Positions 25,540-39,760 of a stretch of 64,000 nucleotides of DNA are shown here, one piece after another. Position numbers and translations under genes: made by a program. Numbering within the stretch: the first letter of the stretch is position 1; every line of letters starts with the position of its first letter. The notes under the pieces were generated by a model that saw only the letters and a program-made list of their open reading frames with translations, was not told the DNA's origin and ran no database searches. Origin of the DNA: the human T2T-CHM13v2.0 reference genome, Homo sapiens; assembly GCF_009914755.1 (NCBI RefSeq), contig NC_060934.1; one strand, given 5' to 3'.

Positions 25540-26230
25540 AAGCTTCTCATATGTGTTCATTTCACTGCCATCTCCCTGGTGTGTGCTGTCTACAAGTCTG
25601 GACTTGTGAAGTGGTCTTCTAATTAGATCACCTGCCTCTAATCACTCTCCTTTCTAATCCATATTGTATCTTATTATTGAATTAATCTTCCAAAAATACT
25701 CCTCCTTTGCCCCATTACATGTATGATCAGTGAAAAACCTCCGATGGCTGTCTTATTGGCTACAGAAGGAAATACCAATTTTATATCATGGCATTTAAGG
25801 TTCCATATAACCTAGATATAACCTGTTGCTCCAGCCAGTCTGATCCACTGTCCCAATTACGTTTCCTCTGACCTTTGCTGCTGGTCATTCTTCCACCTAG
25901 AACATTCTTTATCTTTGACTCCTCCTCCTCCTCTCTTAAGAAGCTCCCCGCAAAAGCCCCACACATCGCTTTCCTCTTTACTGCTCATTATACAAGATCA
26001 CACCATATTGTGATTCATCTTTGATGTACATGTCTTGTCTTATCTGTACTTGGTTTCTCAAGGGCAAGGTTGTGTTGGTTTTTTAAGAATAGCTTTCTAC
26101 ACTCAACACTTCTACTGTCCTAGCTAACTCTTGAGAAGGATAAAGCTTCTGGAGGGAGAAGCTCTATCTTTATTTCATTAACTTCTGCTCTGTTTAAAAC
26201 AGTTACTTAAACATTAAATGATAGCTCCAA
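25540..26230 (+). mobile_element. L2 fragments (degenerate)
   Basis: L2-like motifs such as ctgcctctaatcactctcc, tcatggcatttaaggttcc and ctcaagggcaagg. Confidence 0.5.
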
Positions 26231-26813
26231 ATACTAAAGGTAGCCGTCCTATCGGAAGAATGAAAATGCACTATTCCCTTATATCTTACCTTGTTTTCTG
26301 CTAACACTGCCTTATTCAGTGCACTTATGCTTTAAAAACCATTTTATATGGAAGGATGGGGGATACGAATTCGAAGCCTGAAAGAAAAAAGGAGCTTCCC
26401 AAGTTATATATAACACTTTATATTTCAAAACCAATCTATACCTTATAGCAAATCACTAAAAATATTTCAGTATTTCCTTGAAGGAATTAGAAATGGAATT
26501 TTGTGATGGCCTGGATTTATTTCCTTTAATGAAACAGGGTATGCTGCTTCCTTATACTTTCTTTCGGGTAACTGGAAATTTTGAGGTTTAACAAATTGAG
26601 TTTCATTAGGGTCTTCTGTTTACTAATTGTGGCTAAACCTCAGAACCTTTGGTTCAAAAGTGTTGCTATTTCGTGATTTGGCCCTCCTCAAGTGACAAGT
26701 TTGATAGAAATCCCATAAAAGATAAGATTAAGAAAAAGAACAATGGAAGAAATTATTTTCTTTCTGTGTTGTTGCCATTATATAGTTATTGCCATTTTTC
26801 CAATTAGATGGCC

Positions 26814-27100
26814 CTTTTTTTTTTTTGACACAAGGTCTCATTCTGTCATCCATGGTGGAATGCAGAGGCATGAGGCATGATTGTTGTTTATTGCAGCCTC
26901 AAACTTCTGGACTCAAGCAATCCTCCCGCCTCAGCCTCCTGAGTAGCTAGGACTACCACCACGTCCATCTGGTTTTTAATTTTTTTAAAGAACGGTCTTC
27001 TATGTTGCCCAGGTTGTCTCAAACTCTTGGCCTCAAGTGATCCACCCACCTCACCCTCTCAAAGTGTTGGGATTATAGGTGTGAGCCACGGTGCCTGGCC
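26814..27100 (-). mobile_element. AluJ
   Basis: T tail, then gcagcctcaaacttctggactcaagcaatcctccc, ending gtgcctggcc. Confidence 0.9.
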
Positions 27101-27944
27101 TAGTAGGCTTTTATAAAGAAAACACTTTTCGAAATGCAACAAACAATAGTTATAAATCCAAAAATCACTGAATACTAGTTCTGTTTTAAGGTAAGGCATT
27201 CTATTCTCTTCATGCTTCCAAACCATCCTACATGAAATCTAATTTCTATTTTCCCTAGTGGTACTGTTAATGACCCTGACTTGTAAAGAATGGCATGATT
27301 AGGCTTGCTTTGCGTTTGCATATATGCTACACGTATGCTGACATACAACCTGTCAGCATTTTCCATATCTCTTATATCATTAGAACAGGTTCTGTTCATT
27401 TGGACCCAGAAGTTTTATTAATAGACACTGTTGTATAGCCAGTGCTTTTAACACTTCTTTAGAAACTAATTTCATGGAAGTGGACAAAGATTAACTTTGT
27501 TAAGATTAATTACTCAGTATTCACCACATCTGAAGGAATATTGACCAAGAGATTTGCTTTACTGAACAAGGAGTGTGGTGCTGAGTTTATGGGTTTAAGA
27601 ATCTCCTGAAATTAGCACAATTTATACTTGCAATAGATTTGTCAGATGCAATCTCAGATTTCAAACTGAGGCTTTTATGTAAATGCTTACAAAGCCTACT
27701 TATTGGATTTATAAAAAGCTGACTATATTGGCAATCTTGCTATTTATCTGTTAAACCTTGTTTGTTGGTTGATCTGCTTTCAATAAATAGGACTATGCAT
27801 TGGTACTCCAAATTCTCCTCAATTCCTTGTGTCCTCACACTGTGTTAATTCTTATTGCAGTGCTATCTACAGCAGGTATGGACCCTTCCCCTGGAAATAC
27901 TCTCAGCAATCCACTACAGAATGTTGTGGGGTCAAGAGCACAGC

Positions 27945-28320
27945 TTGGTGCAGTGTTGAAGAGCTCTTGAGCCAGGCATCTGGGCTTTGAATCTGGCTTG
28001 GTCACTCACTGTGTGACCTAGGGACAAGTGTCCCTCTCATGTCTTGTTTTTCTTATCTCTCATGTAAAGTCTTGTCTCACCACCTCATTTCCACCCCCTG
28101 CCCTCCCTTACCCTGTTATATTTCCCTTCATGGCTTTGATTACCACATGGCATGATGTGTGTTTGTCTACTTTGTTAACTCTCTGAATCCCTCCATCGGA
28201 ACTGAAGGTCCATGAATGCTGAAGCTTTGCTTGTTCCACCAACATGCATAATAGTGCCTGGCACATACCAGGTGCATCTATATAAGTTGACAGAGGGATG
28301 AATAAATGAGTGAATGGAAA
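27945..28320 (+). mobile_element. MIR fragment followed by an L2 3' end
   Basis: MIR: ctgggctttgaatctggct...tgtgacctagggacaagt. L2: tagtgcctggcacataccaggtgc...gaataaatgagtgaatg. Confidence 0.7.
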
Positions 28321-29624
28321 ATGGAGATAGCGGCTGAATGTGCAAAATATCAGTTCTTTTTGACACTCTGGAAGACTGGATGAAGCAAGGAAAAACTGGA
28401 AGTTCAACACTGGATAAAGGAAATAATCCAGGAATGGTAAGAAAAGGTGTTTGATAACTAGAGGAGAGGAATAGGTGGCTTGAATGTAGTTTCATAAAAA
28501 TGCATGGACTATGCATCTGTCAGATGCAGACCACAAGAAAAGCAGCATGCAAACTGAGCTGAAGTAGAGGTTACCTAAAAGAGATGGCTCTATGCCCAGC
28601 TGATGACTTGAGGCAGCCCACACCAATCATAAAGTGTTCTATCACATCTAAAAACAAATGGGACTTGATTCTCCTTTATGGATATACAATCAAAGGCAAA
28701 TGTCAATAGGGTAACGAGTAAAAGAAGCTGCTAATCTAGCCTCCATATAATGCTGACACATTACTCAGATGATAGTAAATACACGATGACTAGATATAAA
28801 AATTTTTAACGCGTGAATGCAGAGTAAGGAAAATGCATAGGACCCGAGCTGTTGAGCACTGGGGCAGAGGAAGTGTTCAGTATAAAAGACAACCTTGGTC
28901 CTTGGCACAAGATCTTTGTGCTGCTCTGAGATTTGGAGCAACGTTTGGTCATGCTTTTTTCTTCATCTACATTTTTAAAAGACTCATTCACTAGAATATA
29001 AAATATGTAACAAGAACTTACATGACCTTCCAGCATCCTGCTCGTTTTTCACACTGCTTTGGATTTGGTAGCTCCATGTATTAAGATAATCAGGATGCTC
29101 AAATATATTGCCACACACCGTAAAACTGGGTGATATCCATGCCACAGCCATTGGCAGCATGTTACTGAAAGTTTTGAAGGGGAGGAAGGGAACTGTGCAT
29201 ATAATATTTCACCCCCATCTATTCTTTCCCCACGCTTCATCAGAACAGATGGCAGAGATGCATTAGTTGTCTCGTTTTGTTTTGAAATGTTTCATTGTAA
29301 AATAAACAATTCTTCAGTAGAGTTTTTGTTAGTACATAAAACTAGACTTAGAGTAAAGTTAAATGCCTTTTCCCCACTACCCCTGCCCCAAAGCATAAAT
29401 AAAACAAAAATTAAAAGATGCATCAAACCAAATACAAATAAAGCAAAAAGTCAAAAGGAGCTAATAAAGTTGAAACTGCTGGCAACTTCTGTCTTTGTCC
29501 TAATGTGTTTCTGTACAATGAATCTTCCTATTTACCCACAAATTAATGTTTTCATTATGCTGCATTTAGTTTTATATTGCCTGGCAGTATGTCTAAGGTG
29601 GCTTTGAGTAAGCCACCTCATTAA

Positions 29625-30280
29625 CAATGATTTATTGGGTATTCCACCTAGTATGAGGTACAGAAGTATAAGACATGATCATTGCTCTCAAGGAATTTAA
29701 AATCTGTTTAAGTATTTTTCTTAAAAATGATAGCTAAAAATACAAAACTGTATGTGTTAAGTGACAGCTAATTGGTTTAGACATCAGCTGCTATAGAAGG
29801 TTAGAAAAAGGTGAAATGACTTACACTTAGGGTAGAGAAAAAAACGTTGATGTGAGGTGTGAGCTAAAGATTCAGATAAGTAGAAAAAGACATTCCAAAA
29901 AGAATGGTAAGAGTAGGGCACAGATACAGGAAAACACAAAGTGTGTTTGGAGTAGGGGGTCAATGAACTGTGGCAGGAATGATAAAATTAGGGAGGGAGA
30001 AAGACCTAGAATAGAATGCACAAGTGTCCCTGAAAATTTTAAAGTTCCAGAATTATCCCAAAACTAACTTGGAAGTTTACTCTGTTGCTGGACAGAGGGC
30101 TAGAATAGTATACTTTCAATATGACTTCATTCATTCATTTAGTTTGTTATATGGCAGTTTAGCGGTATGTGTATTAGGTGCTGTAGACACAATGAAATTA
30201 GAATATGGCTCTTTGTACTCAAGAAGATCACAGTCTAATGTGGAACACAGAGAAGTACACAAGAATTAAAACCCATACTG
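29625..30280 (-). mobile_element. L2 fragments
   Basis: ctctcaaggaatttaaaatct and ttcattcattcatttag...ctcaagaagatcacagtctaatg. Confidence 0.55.
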
Positions 30281-30624
30281 AAGGTCATACCATGTCAAAC
30301 TTGGGGCACATTTGGCAGTTCACCAAAATCCTGTTCCAATGAAGTAGGCTCATGTGAATAGTGGGAAACACAGAATAGAGGCCAAGGAGGGAGTCATCAT
30401 CATTTATGTCTTCAATATTGTAACATAGGACATTTGTACTGACAACTTATGAGGGCTGTAAGTTATATATAGAAAACATTCCCCCCAATTCCCCCTTTTT
30501 TTACTGTTGGGAAAAAGAAAAGGAGGAGATACAGGGAAAAAAAATTCACAAGAGGAAGTCAGGCCCCCTTAATAAGCAAATGTTTTTAGAAGAGAAAAAA
30601 GATGAAGAAATTTTGTTATTTCTA

Positions 30625-30850
30625 ATTGCTAGCATTTAATCATAGCTATCACTCACAGATCACATACTACTTGCCTGGCACTGTTCTAGATGCTTTGCAT
30701 GTATTAACTCAGTTACCACAACAACCCCATGAGACAGGTACTATTATTATCCCCTTCCATACATACCTTCTTAGAGATGGCCAAGGCACCAAAGACAGTA
30801 AGGAGGAGGAGCCAGGGTTCAAGTTCAGCCCTGTTCTTAACCAGCACATA
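30625..30850 (-). mobile_element. MIR
   Basis: tactacttgcctggcactgttctagatgctttgcatgtattaactca...caaccccatgagacaggtactattattatcccc. Confidence 0.8.
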
Positions 30851-31064
30851 ACACAGCTTTCTCATAAGTGTGAAGATCCTAGGGGGTAACAGTAGTACAT
30901 GGGGAGGGGAAGCCCTCAGAAAGATGTCAGATAAAGATCAGTTAAACCTAAGAAAAGCTAAAATGGGTGGAGTAAATTGATGGGAAGAGCCTACATTATT
31001 TTACTTTGTAATGGTGGTTAGAATTACATAAACAGGAAATGGTTTCCTTTTAGTAACTAATAAA

Positions 31065-31250
31065 AACAGTATCTAATATTGATTAAGCATCTATATGTGT
31101 CTGGTACTCCCCACAGGTACCATTATTACCACCATTTTGCAAAAAGAAAATTGGAGATTCGTGGTTAAATAGAAAGAGGTTTGTTTAATCTTTATCACAA
31201 TTCACACAGTTAGCAAGGACTAGTGCGTCTAATCTTTACTACCACACTAT
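31065..31250 (-). mobile_element. MIR
   Basis: taatattgattaagcatctatatgtgtctgg...caggtaccattattaccaccattttgcaaa. Confidence 0.6.
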
Positions 31251-33164
31251 ACTCATTATCCCTACAATTACCTTATGGTTATCAGCCTTGTGGATTCTAC
31301 TGATCTGTTAGAATGCCAAAAGTCCTACTGTGCTGGAGTGGAATCAGGGTATGGCATTGAGGGGTAAGTCTATATTTCTTTGACAGGGTGGCTGGCTCTT
31401 TATGGCATTTCAGAACAAGAAGAATTATTTGAGATTTTGGATAATCCATGTCTCTGCCTCCATCCAAGGGTGGACAATTGTTGATCTCTTTCCAATATCT
31501 AATATTTGCATATTAACTGCTCTTTCTCTTAAAGTAAGATATTTCACCTACCTGACACATTTCAACTTGTAAACTCCAGATGCAGGCATGAAAATCATAT
31601 CTCTTTTCAAGTTCAAAGAACAGAAAACCATAATCAACTATAGTACAGGAATTGGAGATTGCATTATTCCTGTTGAATTCTGGTGGCCAAATAAAAATCT
31701 ACTTACTATTTGATACAAATAAAGGAAAATGTATCAACAACTCCATAGAACAGAGAGAAATCAGTCATATTCTTAAAGTCATTAAAGGGAAAAGATACAA
31801 ATGATGTTGATTGGATATCTTCCATATGCTGTGCATTTGACATACTTTATAGTAACTCATGTTGTTCTCAGAATGATCCATGGCTTATGATCTCACTTCA
31901 TATAGGAAGCAACTGAACTACAGCATGGTTAAGTAAGTTCCTCCCAGTCAAAAAGCTGAGTAGCAGAGACAGCTTAGATATGCTTACGTTTTCTTTGTAC
32001 TATGTTGCCTTTACTAGGAGACAGTAGAGTGGAAATCAACTCTCTGTTTCTGTCAGAATTGTTATGAAGACTGGACATACCTTGAACAATAAAAAAAAAG
32101 ACTAGAGGTTTAAAGGCAGAAATAATGCAAAGCAAAAGGGCAAAGACTGTTGTTAACATTGGACAAAAGATCTGTATGTTAGCATTTAAAAGAATTTTAT
32201 TTCTGATCATAATTTCCCGAATCTCTCGCTCCATTTCCATTTCTCATGAAGATGTGCAAGTGTAACACTGAATTTATTTTCCAAGGAAAAGAGCTAGGAC
32301 TATTACTAATAAGAAAACACACTTTTGCATTTCTGTAGTTTTATAAAGTGTCCCCCACCTCCTTCCAAATGTTAAATGCTTGACTATAATGTGAAAGGTT
32401 CACTTTTATTCATTTACCTTTCTCAAATTTGTCTTTTGCAAGAAATGTGCTGGTCTAAATTTGATTCTGTTAACGACACTCTACTTAGGCTTTAAATGGC
32501 TTAACTGTGTCTAAGAGCACAACCGAAGACTAATCTGACTGAGACTGATAAGACTGTCCATGTGGTTTTGACCCTTGGAGAGGATAGTGGGAGGATATTA
32601 TCCTTTCTACTTTGTGCTGTTCTCAGAGGACAGTCACAAATGTGTAAACAAATGTGAAAGAGAAATAAAGGGGACAGCCAGATTGCCAGAGATCCATTAC
32701 TTTACCCCTGGGGTATGTGGCTATTATAGAACTGGGGCAAATGCCAAGAGCACTGAATTCAAAGGGACACTCCCTGAAGTGATTCATCTATTTAGACAAC
32801 ATCAGAGGAATATCAGATCAGATCCTACTGTGTGAAGAGGTTACACCATGGGCATTTGGTAGTCACTTTGGGAATTATATTAATTTACAGCAGCCTGAGT
32901 ACACAGTGCCAATGTGTCATTAAAGGTGAAGGCAGAATCTATTTCTATTCAAGATGGAAAGGGCAGTTGGTTGTGCATTTTTTCCTTTCAGCCACACTTG
33001 CAAACATGGATGGTAGCCATGGTGAGTTTGAAAGATAAAGGCTTACTAAGTAATATTCTGGTGTCTTAAAAGAGTTAATGCTTTCATTAATCTCATCTAG
33101 TAAGAACTGACTTAAAGAAGCTTTAAAAAAAATCAGGGACCAATTCACCATTCTGTAAAGAGAG

Positions 33165-33412
33165 GCAAAGTGAAACAGGAGAAAAACAACCAGGCTCTGA
33201 AGTCAGGAAACCTGGGTTGGAGCCAGGGCCGCCACTTTCTAGCAGTGGAATCTTGGACAAGTAATTAAACCTATCTGAGACTTAGTTTACTCATATGTAA
33301 GATGGACATACTAACAACATCCTCTTTACAAAGCTGCTGTGTAATCAAGATGATATATAGAAAATCCATCTATAACTTGAACTCTGCTATACAAAGTTTA
33401 GTCATTACTGCT
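33165..33412 (+). mobile_element. MIR
   Basis: ggctctgaagtcaggaaacctgggtt...tcttggacaagtaattaaacctatctgagacttagttt. Confidence 0.8.
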
Positions 33413-33584
33413 ATATTGGAAAATAAAAACATACAAACAAAAAGAATTCCTTTGAATGTAATTCAAATTTTAGTTTCCTGAACAGGAATGTTGAATAAAT
33501 TTGGAGTTCACGTTCATCATCTGTCTTCCAGGGTTCAAAAAGACAAAGGTGGCTGGAGTCATTTCCTGACCCCAAATCCAATGA

Positions 33585-36500
33585 TCAATTTGTTCTTTTA
33601 TGGATCATATTTTTGGTGTTATACCTAAGAAATCTTCACCTAATCCCAAGCCATAAAGATTTATTTTCTATGTTTTCTTTTAGAAGTTTTGTAATTTTAG
33701 GTTTTATATTTAGGCCTGTGATTCACTTTGAGTTAATTTTTATACATTGTGAGATAAAGATCACAGTTCAGCTTTTCATTTTTTATTCTATAATTTTTTT
33801 CATGCATATAGCCTTCCAATTACTCCAGCACAATATGTTGAAAAGACTGTCATTTCTCCACTGAACTGCTCTCACATCTTTGTCAAAAATCAATTGTCTA
33901 TATACAAGTGAAATGATTTCTATTCGGTTCCGCTGATCCTGTCTATCTGTATGCCAATACCATATAGCTTTATGATATTCTTGAAATCAGGCTATGTTAG
34001 CTCTCCAACTGTGTTCTGTTTTCAAATTGTTTTCCCTATTCTAGGTCCTTTGCATTTACACATGAATTTTAGAATCAGTTTTCAATTTCCACAAAAAACC
34101 TGTAGGGAATTTGATTGGGACTGCATTAAATGTATAAATCAATATGGGGAGAATATTGATTCTTCCAAGCCATGAAAAAGGTATTTTCTTTTATTTGTCC
34201 ATTTACTTAGGTCTTCTGTATGTCTTTCAATAATGTTTTATAGTTTTCCATGTATATATCTCATATATCTTTTGTCAGATATATTCCTATGTTTCATTTT
34301 TAAATGCTATTATAAATGTATTCTTTTAAACATTTTTATTTCTAATTGTCATTACTAATATAAACAAATACAGTTAAATTTTGCATATTTCTCTAGTAGA
34401 TAGCAGCCTTGCTCAACTCACTTATTCTACTAGCTGCTTTTGTGGATTTCACTGAATTTTCTATATAGACACTTGTGTCATCTGTAAATAGAGACAGCTT
34501 TACATCTTCCTTTCCAATCTGGATACTTTATATTTCTTTTTCTCCCTATTGTACTGTCTAACCCCCCTAGTTAAATGTTGAACAAAAGTAGTAACAGCAG
34601 CCATCCTTATCTTGTACTCAACAGTAGTAGGAAAGAAAGCATTTGGTTTTTTTACTACGAAGTATGGTGTTGGTTTTTCACAGATGGCCATTGATTGAGA
34701 AAGTTCCCTTCTATTCCTGGTTTGCTATTCCTGGTTTGCTAACAGTTTTTATCAGAAATAGATATTGGATTTTGTTAAATGCTTTTCCTGCATCTACTGG
34801 GATGATCATAGATTTTTCTAGTTTTTTAATATGGTGAGTTAAATTAAATTTTGAATGTTAGACAAACCTTCCATTTATGGGATAAACCCCATTTTGTCGT
34901 GGTCTTTTGTATATGTTGTTGAATTAAATTTGCTACAATGTTTTTCAGAATTTTTTTTCTCTTTTTATAGAGATATTGACCTGTAGTTCTGTTTTCTTGC
35001 AATGTCTTTGTTTTTGATATTTGAGTAATGCTGGCTTCATGAATTAGGTTGGAAAGTATTGCCTCTAGTACTTCAATTTTCTGGAAGAATTGTGTAGGAT
35101 TGGTATTATGTCTTAAATATTTGGTAGAATTTTTCCAATTAAACTATATGTCCTGGAATTTTCTTTGTTAGAAGGTTTTAACTACAAATTCAATTTCTTT
35201 AGTAGGTCTAGGGCTGTTCAGGTTATCTATTTATTTTTGAGTGTGCTTTGGTAATTTGTGTTTTTCAAGAAATGTGTCCATTTCATCTAAATGTCACATT
35301 TATAGGCATAAGCTGTTCACAATATTTCTTTATTGTGTAGATATACCAGTATCTCTACAGACTTGGTAATTACGTCATCTCTCTCATTACTGATATTAGC
35401 AATTTGTGTCTCTTATTTTCATGATCAGTCTGGCTAGAGAATTACTAATTTTACTTAATCTTGTCAAAGAAGCAAATTTTGGTTTCACTTGTTTTTCTAT
35501 TGTTTTTCTGTTTCCTATTTCATTAATTTCCACTTTAAGCTATATCATTTCATTTCTTCCTCTAATTTTGGGCTTTCTTTGCTCTTTAATTTCTATCTTC
35601 CTGAGGTAGAAAATGAGGTTACTGATTTGAGACCTTTCTTCTTTACCAAGATAAGCATTTAGCACATAAATTTCCTCCAACATATTGGTTTAGCAGTATC
35701 CCAGAAATTCTGATACGTTGTATTTTCGCATTAATTCAGTTCAAAATACTTCCTAATTTCCCCTGTTGACTTTCCCCTTGAGCTATTTGGAAGTATGTTA
35801 TGTAGTTTTTCAAATATTTGAGGATTTCTCAGAAATGTGTCATTGATTTTAAATTTAATTCTACTGTATTTAGAGAACATACTTTGTATTACTTGAATCT
35901 TTTAAAGTTTACTGACAATGTCTTTATGGCCCAGGATATTGTCTATAATGGTAAATTTTTCATGTACATTTGAAAGGAATGTGTATTCTGTCGTTGTTGA
36001 GTGAAATGTTCTATAAATCAATTGGGTCAAGTTGATTGATAGTGTTATATCATTGATGATTTTATATCTTCTTGTTCTATAAATTATTGACAAAGGGGCT
36101 TTGATAACTCTAGCAATTATTGTGGATTTTGTCTACTTCTTCTTATGGCTTTATCATTTTTTTTCCTCATTATCATGTATTTTGCAATTTGGTAATTAGG
36201 TATACATGTATTTAGGACTGTTTTGTTCTTTTGAATTAGCCCACTTATCATTATGAAATTATCTCCTTTAACCCTTTTAATATTCTTTGTTCTAAAACCT
36301 ACTTTGTCTAATGTTTATATAGCCACTTCAGCTTTCTTTTGATTAGTGTTAGCATGGCATATATTATTCATCCTTTTTACTTTTAATCTAGCCGTATCTT
36401 TATATTTAAAGTGTGTTTGTTTTTGGCAGCATATAGTTATGTCCTGATTTTAAAAATCTAATCTAACAATCCTTGTTTTTTTATTGGAGCATTTAGACCA

Positions 36501-36710
36501 CTTACATTTATTGTCATTGTTGGTATAATTAGGTTTAGGTCTATCACTATCACTATTTGTTTTCTATTTTCACCATATATTCCTTGTTCCATCTTTTCTC
36601 TTTTTTTTCTGTCTTCTTCTGGATTAACCAAGTATTTTTTATGACTCCTATTTTATCTCCTTTGTTGATTTATGAGCTATAGCTCTTGGTTTTGTTATTT
36701 TAGTGAATGT
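33585..36710 (-). mobile_element. Old LINE-1 (L1M) ORF2 region, degenerate with internal deletions
   Basis: Continuous T-rich antisense L1. Minus ORF 35902-36093 (IYRTFHSTTTEYTFLSNVHEKFTIIDNILGHK) matches the L1 endonuclease. Confidence 0.85.
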
Positions 36711-39299
36711 AAAGCATTTTTTAAAGTGAAAGTTTTCCAACAAAATGCCAAGGAAGATACAAATCTGACTCTCTGTAAGACTCTATGGTTATGTATTTTG
36801 TCTTCAATTTTTGGAGGGGCATTCTATGAATGGGCTGAAACCTCAAGATGAAATGAATGCTGGCAATTAACAATCTCTTAAATGGGGCCAAGATTCCAGA
36901 ATACATCTTATTGTTTATAAGCAAATTCAATCATAGCTACTGCAGAGCTGAAGTGAGATTTTTTTCAACTAGCTGAAAATTCCTATTTTTAAATGATGTA
37001 TAGCTCTTAGTGATGCCATGCTGAATTTCTTAATAAGTATTAAACATTAGACATTGTGTTTACTCAGGCAAAAGATTAATAGCTGGCACTTAAAATAACT
37101 GACTAAAAAGTCATGTTAACCTAAAGGTCACAGGAAGAAAATTATTTTTGGTAAAATAAAGAGAAACTCCAGATTGTTTTACATATTTCTGTGATTTTTT
37201 GCTGGATATACAGGTCTGATGACTTGAGGTAGAAGGACAGAACAGAGAAATTCCAAGAGTTCTGTGATGTCAGTGAATGCTAAGACCCAAATATCTGTAA
37301 GGTGGAAGGTCCCTTTCTGAAAGATGAAAAATTCCAGTAGTCCAGAGTTGTTCTTCTGAGCATTGCTAGGGAAGCAAGGCAGTGTGGTATAACCATGAGG
37401 GTTCAGAGAGAGATGGCTAGAGTATGAGTTTTGGTTTCATCATTTGATCACTTGCAAGCAGTGCTACCCAGAGAACGTCACTTAACCTTTCAGAATATAT
37501 TCCCTTATCTTCCTATCGAATTATCATAATTTAGATATCATCTAAATACCATAATATTTATTTTACAATATTTTGATTGGAGTTAAAAGAGGCAATTTTA
37601 CTAAAAATTATCTATAATTAGGCAGTTTCAAATGTAAATGATTGTTCCTATTAATTTACTTCCTTTGCTTTTCATTAGTACAACAACAGAAGTTAGGTAG
37701 TAGGAATGTAATGAATGCAATGTAATATTAGCAATCATAACTAATGAAGGGAGTAAGTGAGTACTTAGATCAAACCTGTTTTTTCAGCAGAGGCAATGGC
37801 ATTTACTTCAGCCACACCCGTCATCACTGATATTTAATGCTTTCTGCCTTTATACTCTTCCACTGAGAGTAAAAGGACCTAGGTTACAGTGCTGAAATCA
37901 AAATAATGTAATGCAATATGCTTATAATTATTTCATCCCAGGCTTGCTATTTTATCTCTGGTTGATAGTGACAGTCTTTTGGAAGCAAGCAGTGCAATGT
38001 TGTTGCTTAAGAGAAGCTTGGTGTTATTTGAAGTGTCTAGAGGCAGCCTGGTCTACCAGACTCCCCAGTTGAATAGATTCTTTAGTAAGTTTCTGACTTG
38101 TTGAGGTTTTCTCTTTGATACAGCTGGCTCTTTCTCTTTTATTTCCAAGCATGTTGCACAACTACCTTAAAACAAAGATGTATAACTTTTGGAGCATCGA
38201 GGCCATATTGGAAATCTTTTGCAAACCTAAGGGCTAATTCTTTGATGTATGCTTGCATGAAACATCAATGCACTAGTCGATGTAGTCATATCGAAAACAA
38301 GCCAGGTTTTGCCACTTGCAATCTCCCAACAGTGTAAGGGTGTGTGTGGGTGTATTAACAAGATAATTTTGAAAAAAGAATAACAACAGGACCAAGGCCT
38401 AATATAAACATACATAAACTGGTTGAGAATTAGGAAATTTGAGCTCTACTTTGGGTTCTACACTGTGAGGTTTTGCAGTGTGGAGGCAAAGCTTTTTTTG
38501 GTACCCAGAGTTCTTATTATGTGGTGTTAATTATTTGATGCATGTGTAAAAATATTTGCTACATGACACTATTAAATGTGAGTTTCTGAGCTAGTTGCTT
38601 AACATTGCTGAATCTGTTTCCTTATCAATAAACTGGGATAACAGTCATGGTATTATACCTTACAGGTAATACTGTGTGGATAAAACGAGCCATTGTATGT
38701 GATTATACATAAACTTAAAAGCCTGTATTAAAAATCAGAATACATATTATTTGTGCACACAGGCTCTAGCATCAGAGGATTTGGTTAGAATAGCTAGAGT
38801 TTGAGATTCTTGGGTACATTCTTTAAGCTAACTAAAGTTATTTAATCTGTGAAATAGGAATAAAGATTGCATTAAAATAGTTGATTAAATCAAGGAATCT
38901 CTGCCTCTTCCCATACAAAATTCCTTGAGTGATAGAAAAGGTATTAAAAAATATTAAACCACATAGCAGTAGAAAATAGGAATTTGTGCCAATAAAGGGC
39001 TAGAGATTTTGAATCATTAGTGAAAGTCAGAAATCAGATGAAGACTAAGACTGGAGGAAACTGTGCCCCCAAATACAAGCAGAAGAGCACTTTGTAAAGG
39101 ACAGAGCAGTTAAAAATGTGCTGTGTACTTAGTGTAAACCAATATAAGTAGCAGAAGCATCTCTGTGTGACTAGTCAGTGAACTAAATTCTGATCAGCTG
39201 TCTTGTTACTTTCCTTCTCTGCCTCTTCCATTTGCTGAAATACAGAGAAAGGGCCCTGGTACTTGGCAGACAGGCACCACTCAGTATAACTGGAGACCT

Positions 39300-39760
39300 T
39301 TAGGAAATGCAAGGCACCTCCAAACCTAGAGGGAAAGTTTCCAGCACACTGCAATGAGCATACTTATTTCCTTTTCCTTTTATTTTAGAGCACCAATAAT
39401 TAGAATCTACATCTTCTCCATACCACCCCCACCAAGAAGATTTCCAAAAGCTAAGAGACAGAAATCAAATTACCAAATATTTGGGGGTAAACCAAAAACA
39501 TTAAAAAAATAAAAAAAGACCAAAAAAATTAAAATTATAAGTAAACAGTAGAACTAGTAGAATACTTCAGTACTTTAAATAAAAACAACATCCTAAGAAT
39601 CTTGAGGGTAGCAGAGGTATAAAATAAGAAAAGCCTTAAGAAAATGAAACATTAATGCATCTGGAATTAGAAGTTTCCAGACAACACAAAAACTATCTCA
39701 ATAGATAGCTGGATAGCAAAAGGGACACAGCTGCAGGGCAAAAGGAAAATAATATTCAGG
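39300..39760 (+). mobile_element. Very old L1 5'/ORF1-like remnant
   Basis: A-rich strand with cagaaatcaaattaccaaatatttgggg and gaattagaagttt. Heavily decayed. Confidence 0.35.
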